DNA of 64,000 nt from Macrostomum lignano (taxonomy: Eukaryota). Positions 57,656 through 64,000 of the stretch are shown here, piece by piece; the stretch's first letter is position 1; the number at the start of each line of letters is the position of its first letter. Below the pieces are notes generated by a model, which ran no database searches, had not been told where the DNA came from, and saw only the letters and a program-made list of their open reading frames with translations. The stretch is taken from NCBI GenBank assembly GCA_002269645.1, contig NIVC01002002.1, positions 124,001-188,000 of the forward strand, in the 5' to 3' direction. The position numbers and the translations under genes were made by a program.

Positions 57656-60600
57656 TCATTCCCCGCTGCGATGTTCATATCCAGTAGTTGGTTGCCTCGA
57701 CTGCATGACCGCACTGGCGTCCGCCACCCTGACGCTCCTGTCCTTCAGGATGGTCAACACCTGTCAGGATGCGGGCGGAACTAATTCAGGAAGTCTAAGC
57801 GACATCACTGCTGCCCTCACTGCACTGCCCACATTGCTTCCCACACTGCTTCCCACACTGCTTCCCATACTGCTTCCCATACTGCTTCTTCTTCTTCTTC
57901 GGGTCGCGGTCATTCTGGCTAGCCAATAGGACCGGGTGTCTAGCACCATGCAGCCAAAGCGCTGACTCCGTGCGGGCGGACAGTAGACGGTGGAGTCCAA
58001 TTTGCGGCCTGCAGAGAGTGGCCAGAAAGCGAGGGGACCCGGGTCCCGGCGGGACAGCTCCCCCAGACTGTATACCCGGATGTGAGACCAATTCGTCACC
58101 CCGTCGATGGCAGGATCGCACGGAGCTCCTGCCACATTGGCGGGGTGTCCAGGGGCGCGACGTGGACGCTGGTTTCGTACCACCCTCCTACACTACTGCC
58201 GTCACTGCTGCCGTCACTGCTGCCCACACCCCAGCACACACCTCAACCCACACCAGCCCACACTCCAGCCCACACCCCAACCAACACTCCAGCCCACACC
58301 TCAGCCCACACTCAAGCCCACACTCCAGCACACATCCCAACCCACACCCTAACCCACAACCCACACCCTGACCACCGACCTTCCCGCCAAACACCAGCAG
58401 CACGGTGGTGGCTGAGCAGATGTTGATGCAGCAGGTCAGCAGCACGAGTCGCAGGTCCACCGAGCCGATGGGCAGCGCAAACTCCAGCACCACGCCGATC
58501 AGCCCCATCACGGTGGTGTTGTACACGCAGATTCCGATCACCTTCGAGTCGTTCAGCGCTTCCACGTGAATTGTGCGAGTCTCCCAGGCAAAGAAAATTC
58601 CGAACAGAAGGAACACCGCCTTCATGCCGATGATGAGGCCCTTCCACAGCACCTCGCTGCTGGACTGACACACGACCAGCTTGTGCAGAACCACAGCTCC
58701 GTCAGAGATCATGTCCTGCATTGGCATGGCACTGCATGTCAGTGGAATGTCAGTGCAATGTCAGAAATCACACTGCACAAACTGTCACCTGCTCAGACAG
58801 TCTCTTGTGAATGCAGAGTACAGAATCACTGCACACCCTGTTACCTGCTCAGACAGTCTCTTGTGAGTGCAGAGTACAGAATCACTGCACACCCTGTTAC
58901 CTGCTCAGACAGTCTCTTGTGAATGCAGAGTACAGAATCACTGCACACCCTGTTACCTGCTCAGACAGTCTCTTGTGAATGTAGAGTACAGAATCACTGC
59001 ACACCCTGTTACCTGCTCAGACAGTCTCTTGTGAATGCAGAGTACAGAATCACTGCACACCCTGTTACCTGCTCAGACAGTCTCTTGTGAATGCAGAGTA
59101 CAGAATCACACTGCACACCCTGTTCCCTGCTCAGACAGTCTCTTGTGAATGTAGAGTACAGAATCACTGCACACCCTGTTACCTGCTCATACAGTCTCTT
59201 GTGAATGCAGAGTACAGAATCACTCCACAACCTGTTACCTGCTCAGACAGTCTTTTGTGAATGCAGAGTACAGAATCACAGCACACCCTGTTACCTGCTC
59301 AGACAGTCTCTTGTGAATGCAGAGTACAGAATCACTGCACACCCTGTTACCTGCTCAGACAGTCTCTTGTGAATGCACAGTACAGAATCACACTGCACAC
59401 CCTGTTACCTGCTCAGACAGTCTCTTGTGAATGCAGAGTACAGAATCACACTGCACACCCTGTTACCTGCTCAGACAGTCTCTTGTGAATGCACAGTACA
59501 GAATCACACTGCACACCCTGTTACCTGCTCAGACAGTCTCTTGTGAATGCAGAGTACAGAATCACTGCACAACCTGTTACCTGCTCAGACAGTCTCTTGT
59601 GAATGCACAGTACAGAATCACACTGCACACCCTGTTACCTGCTCAGACAGTCTCTTGTGAATGCAGAGTACAGAATCACACTGCACACCCTGTTACCTGC
59701 TCAGACAGTCTCTTGTGAATGCAGATTACAGAATCACTGCACACCCTGTTACCTGCTCATACAGTCTCTTGTGAATGCAGAGTACAGAATCACTCCACAA
59801 CCTGTTACCTGCTCAGACAGTCTCTTGTGAATGTAGAGTACAGAATCACAGCACACCCTGTTACCTGCTCAGACAGTCTCTTGTGAATGCAGAGTACAGA
59901 ATCACTGCACACCCTGTTACCTGCTCAGACAGTCTCTTGTGAATGCACAGTACAGAATCACACTGCACACCCTGTTACCTGCTCAGACAGTCTCTTGTGA
60001 ATGCAGAGTACAGAATCACACTGCACACCCTGTTACCTGCTCAGACAGTCTCTTGTGAATGCACAGTACAGAATCACACTGCACACCCTGTTACCTGCTC
60101 AGACAGTCTCTTGTGAATGCAGAGTACAGAATCACTGCACAACCTGTTACCTGCTCAGACAGTCTCTTGTGAATGCACAGTACAGAATCACACTGCACAC
60201 CCTGTTACCTGCTCAGACAGTCTTTTGTGAATGCAGAGTACAGAATCACACTGCACACCCTGTTACCTGCTCAGACAGTCTCTTGTGAATGCAGATTACA
60301 GAATCACTGCACACCCTGTTACCTGCTCAGACAGTCTCTTGACAGCCAAGGCTGGTGAATCCAGGAGTCCGAGAGCCAGCAGCAGTCCAGCATCCATCAG
60401 CAGAATAGCGGCAATCACCATGCAGAGGTGCCAGTCCTTGATGGTCTGAAATCCGGTAATGCGTGACCAGGCTGGCTCAAGGTCATTCAGGGGACTGACG
60501 ATACACGAGCACTGCAGTGCAGATGGACTCACAGTCAGCCTCATCTTGTTGGTGAAGATTCTGTGGACTCGCCACGTCTTGGCCAGAATTCCACCGAAGG

Positions 60601-63531
60601 CGCACGAGTAGCCAGTGATGAGGCAGAGCAGCTGGGACCAGCACAATCCGAGCTGGCTTCCCATGTACGCGTTGAAGGTCATGATGAGGCAGGACGCGTG
60701 GCACAGGAGGCAGCCCAGTCCGATGATGGTGTTCACGATGGGGCTGCTGAGCCGGATGTAGGGCACCTTGCGGAACCACAGGTTCACCGCCATGGCGGCC
60801 AGGGAGAGGCAGGCGCCGCAGGCAGACAGGCCGCCAGAGACCACGGCGCTGACGAGGCTGGCGTGGACGAGCTTTGAGAGGATTCTGGGAGAGTCGACTG
60901 GAGCTGAGCCGCCTGCGGAACGGGATGGGAGATGCGCTGATGGGGCTCGGGAGACTGGGCTGATAGGGCTCGGGAGACTGGGCTGATAGGGCTCGAGAGA
61001 CTGGGCTGATAGGGGGCTCGGGAGACTGGGCTGATAGGGCTCGGGAGACTGGGCTGATAGGGCTCGGGAGACTGGGCTGATGGGGGGCTCGGGAGACTGG
61101 GCTGATGGGCTCGGGAGACTGAGCTGATGGGGGGCTCGGGAGACTGGGCTGATAGGGGCTCGGGAGACTGGTCTATGAAGTGAGCTAAGATCTCAAGCAG
61201 TCGAGTCGCCTACCTGCAAACCACGGTGATTTGATCCATCGAGTGTCCCCTGTCAGCGGGTCGTACGTAGCAACTAAATCTCTCTTCAAAGCTGGAGAAG
61301 AGAAAAGATGCTCCACTTAACCAGTTTTAATTGCATTAGACAAAACTTTGATTTTATGCCTTTGGAATAGCATCTTACCTCTAATCTGATAGAAGAGGAC
61401 TTTGGCCGCCCGTTCTCCTTTGCTGTTGAACTTTACAGGTCCCTGAAATAGTTTTGAGTTCCTTTCTTGATTGAGGATTAATTACTGTTGGGAGCCTGTG
61501 AGACAGCCATTCCCATTCCGCTGAACCCTGAGCACTCACGCAGGGTGTACAGTGGCCCTGAATCTCATCGTAGGTTATGTACACTCTGTGTCTTGAGGGT
61601 TGATGAGAATTTGCGTGAATTGCACTACAAGTGAACCCTATGCGAGGCTCGCTTGTAGGCTCTGGGTTGCCTGGGTTGTCTGGGTTGTCTGGGTTGCCTG
61701 GGTTGTCTGGGTTGCCTGGGCTGTCTGGGTTTCCTGGGTTGTCTGCGTTGCCTGGGTTGTCTGGGTTGTCTGGGTTGTCTGGTTTGTCTGGGTTGTCTGG
61801 GTTGTCTGGGTTGCCTGGGTTGCCTGGGTTGTCTGGGTTGTCTGGGTTGTCTGGGTTGATTCGCTCCGAGCAATGGAAACGGTTCCGCTTACCGACAGAC
61901 CATTGAAGTCGAGACTCCGCACACTGTTGAAGACTTGGTCCTTGAAGTCGCTGCAGTTCAAGTCAATAGGATCGGAGGCGTAGTTCTCAACTGCCAGGGT
62001 GCTGTTGATCGCCATGGCAACTGCAGAAATTGCATCGAACCGCAGATCGAATCCAACAGTGCCAGTTTGCTCTGGGTCCACCGTCTCCTTGCCGTGCAGT
62101 CGCATAAAATCCTCGAATAATTCTTCTCTTGTCTGCGGGAGGGTCATTGGATTTTGTGCTTTTTGTTGGCCTCTGGGTGTCAGCTGTGATGACACTGGGG
62201 GCCAGCTATGATAACACTGGGTGCCAGCTGTGATGACACTGGGGGCCAGCTATGATAACACTGGGTGCCAGCTGTGATAACACTGGGTGCCAGCTGTGAT
62301 AACACTGGGTGCCAGCTGTGATAACACTGGGTGCCAGCTGTGATAACACTGGGGGCCAGCTGTGATAACACTGGGGGCCAGCTATGATAACACTGGGTGC
62401 CAGCTGTGATAACACTGGGTGCCAGCTGTGATAACACTGGGTGCCAGCTGTGATAACACTGGGTGCCAGCTGTGATAACACTGGGTGCCAGCTGTGATAA
62501 CACTGGGTGCCAGCTGTGATAACACTGGGGGCCAGCTGTGATAACACTGGGTGCCAGCTGTGATAACACTGGGTGCCAGCTGTGATAACACTGGGTGCCA
62601 GCTGTGATAACACTGGGTGCCAGCTGTGATAACACTGCATGGCTCAGTGCCAGTTGTCACACCAGAACAAATCTACAAAGTATTCTCATGTAAGCAACAG
62701 TGTAGGGAAATTTTACCCACCTGTCCTGTGATCCCAATCTCGTGCTCGGCAGTTGGATCGTCAATATCGTTGTCCGTCTCCATGGAGCCCTCCATAGCAA
62801 CGAGTCGGTCGGAATCTTGACAACCGGAATTCGGCAGATCCAGTCGAGTTGTAGCGGGCAACCCAATCTGAATCCACTGGTACTTGGGCCCGTAGGCACC
62901 CAGCTGTTTAATCTGCATGAGAAGAATGCTCAAACAGTTGACAAAAAGGCTTTGAGCTGGTGAAACTTCGAGTTGTAAAATTTCGAGCTGGTAAACCCCT
63001 TATCCGAGAAGGAACTCTCACCACGCAGTCCAGTCTTTTTTTGGAGTCCTCCACTAACATCGCCCGAATGGCAACGAAAATTCGAAGATCTTTCTTCTAA
63101 AAGTGACAATATATGTTTGCAAACCAATTACGGTTATTAATACACAAACTGACAATAAATTTATAGCAGATTTCATCTCACCAGCAAGCTAGACAGGGCA
63201 ACGGTGGGGTCGGTAGTATAGCCCGCTTTTGTCACGGTGACATTGTGCAGCGCCAGCGCCGCCTCCAACCCTACTGTTACATGCAGGTTCAGACATAGGC
63301 CGAGTAAAAATAGTGTTGAGCATGCAGACTTGCCTACTAATAGTGGAGTAATGAGCAACTCACTGACAAAAAGGCGGCGTAATCTTGCACTATCAGACCT
63401 ATCGTCTTCCACCCGAATTCTCTTGTCATGGCGACTACTGGCGCTACGCTGATGCCGAGAGTAGTTGCCATGCGGAAGTAGTACGGATACCTGGTCCTGT
63501 CGCTTAGATCCGGTGAGGGGTTCAAGCCAAT
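57656..63531 (-). CDS. GABA-B-like class C GPCR, 5' part outside the window. Exons 63531-63364, about 63270-63182, 63096-63022, 62912-62721, 62132-61893, 61442-61379, 61291-61214, 60912-60533, 60445-60323, 58715-58380, probable last exon 57760-57656
   Basis: [69 protein letters not shown]: GABA-B venus-flytrap and 7TM motifs. Confidence 0.88.
58783..60340 (-). repeat. 56-58-bp minisatellite, about 27 copies; each unit contains the last 18 nt of the upstream exon plus its splice donor
   Basis: Unit AAGAGACTGTCTGAGCAG|GTAACAGGGTGTGCAGTGATTCTGTACTCTGCATTCAC; the first unit overlaps the exon ending KRLSEQ at 60323. Confidence 0.95.
60940..61170 (+). repeat. 22-25-bp minisatellite (GGGGCTCGGGAGACTGGGCTGATA), about 10 copies
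   Basis: Intronic tandem repeat. Confidence 0.92.
61665..61858 (+). repeat. 9-bp repeat (YCTGGGTTG), about 21 copies
   Basis: Intronic, downstream of the GPCR donor at 61892. Confidence 0.92.
62185..62637 (+). repeat. 22-bp minisatellite (CCAGCTGTGATAACACTGGGTG), about 20 copies
   Basis: Intronic tandem repeat. Confidence 0.93.
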
Positions 63532-63584
63532 CTGGAGTGTGAGTAATAGATTTCCACAAAAATTAGATATTCATCAGCCGCAGT

Positions 63585-64000
63585 CTCTCACCTGAGTCAC
63601 ACAGTTTAGCCACAGTCTCTCACCTGAGTCACACAGCTTAGCCAGAGTCTCTCACCTGAGTCACACAGCTTAGCCACAGTCTCTCACCTGAGTCACACAG
63701 CTTAGCCACAGTCTCTCTCCTGAGTCACACAGTTTAGCCACAGTCTCTCACCTGAGTCACACAGTTTAGTCACAGTCTCTCACCTCAGTCACACAGTTTA
63801 GCCTCAGTCTCTCACCTGAGTCACACAGTTTAGCCTCAGTCTCTCACCTGAGTCACACAGTTTAGCCACAGTCTCTCACCTGAGTCACACAGTTTAGCCA
63901 CAGTCTCTCACCTGAGTCACACAGTAGCCACAGTCTCTCACCTGAGTCACACAGTTTAGCCACAGTCTCTCACCTGAGTCACACAGTTTATTCACAGTCT
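63585..64000 (+). repeat. 32-bp minisatellite (CACAGTCTCTCACCTGAGTCACACAGTTTAGC), 13 or more copies, runs off the window
   Basis: Intronic tandem repeat; contains CAG|GTGAG on the minus strand. Confidence 0.95.

Noticed and set aside
61625-61983. Collagen-like GLSGLP, QPR and QTT repeat ORFs
   Set aside because: 9-bp intronic repeat downstream of the GTAAGC donor at 61892; not exonic.
62181-62190. Idea that the 22-bp array duplicates the true splice acceptor (TCACAG|CTG)
   Set aside because: The CCCGCAG acceptor at 62133 gives a better GABA-B alignment (GITGQ|TREELF).

Overview
Eukaryotic (metazoan) genomic DNA: GC-rich exons, AT-rich introns and many intronic minisatellites. The style suggests a flatworm such as Macrostomum, which is inference only. 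Host genes: an 11-exon SEC24C/D-type COPII gene (+, 10337-21908), a 6-exon PKA type-I regulatory subunit (-, 26719-33320), three intronless + strand genes (a GxxNxVx beta-solenoid repeat fused to a C3HC4 RING, RPB11/POLR2J, and a single-pass membrane protein), and the 3' part of a GABA-B-like class C GPCR (-, 57656-63531, continuing beyond the window). Mobile DNA: an apparently intact P-element (50562-54123; 32-bp TIRs, 8-bp TSD, THAP plus DDE transposase), a CpG-decayed mariner, a mariner MITE, a MULE/foldback-like element with long TIRs, three non-autonomous TIR elements built largely or partly from minisatellite, two LINE fragments and three SINE-like relics. Most notable: the beta-solenoid-RING fusion gene, the intact P-element with candidate regulatory introns, a minisatellite made of copies of a real exon/splice-donor junction, and minisatellites carried inside DNA transposons. 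Alignments and counts were done by eye and are approximate.
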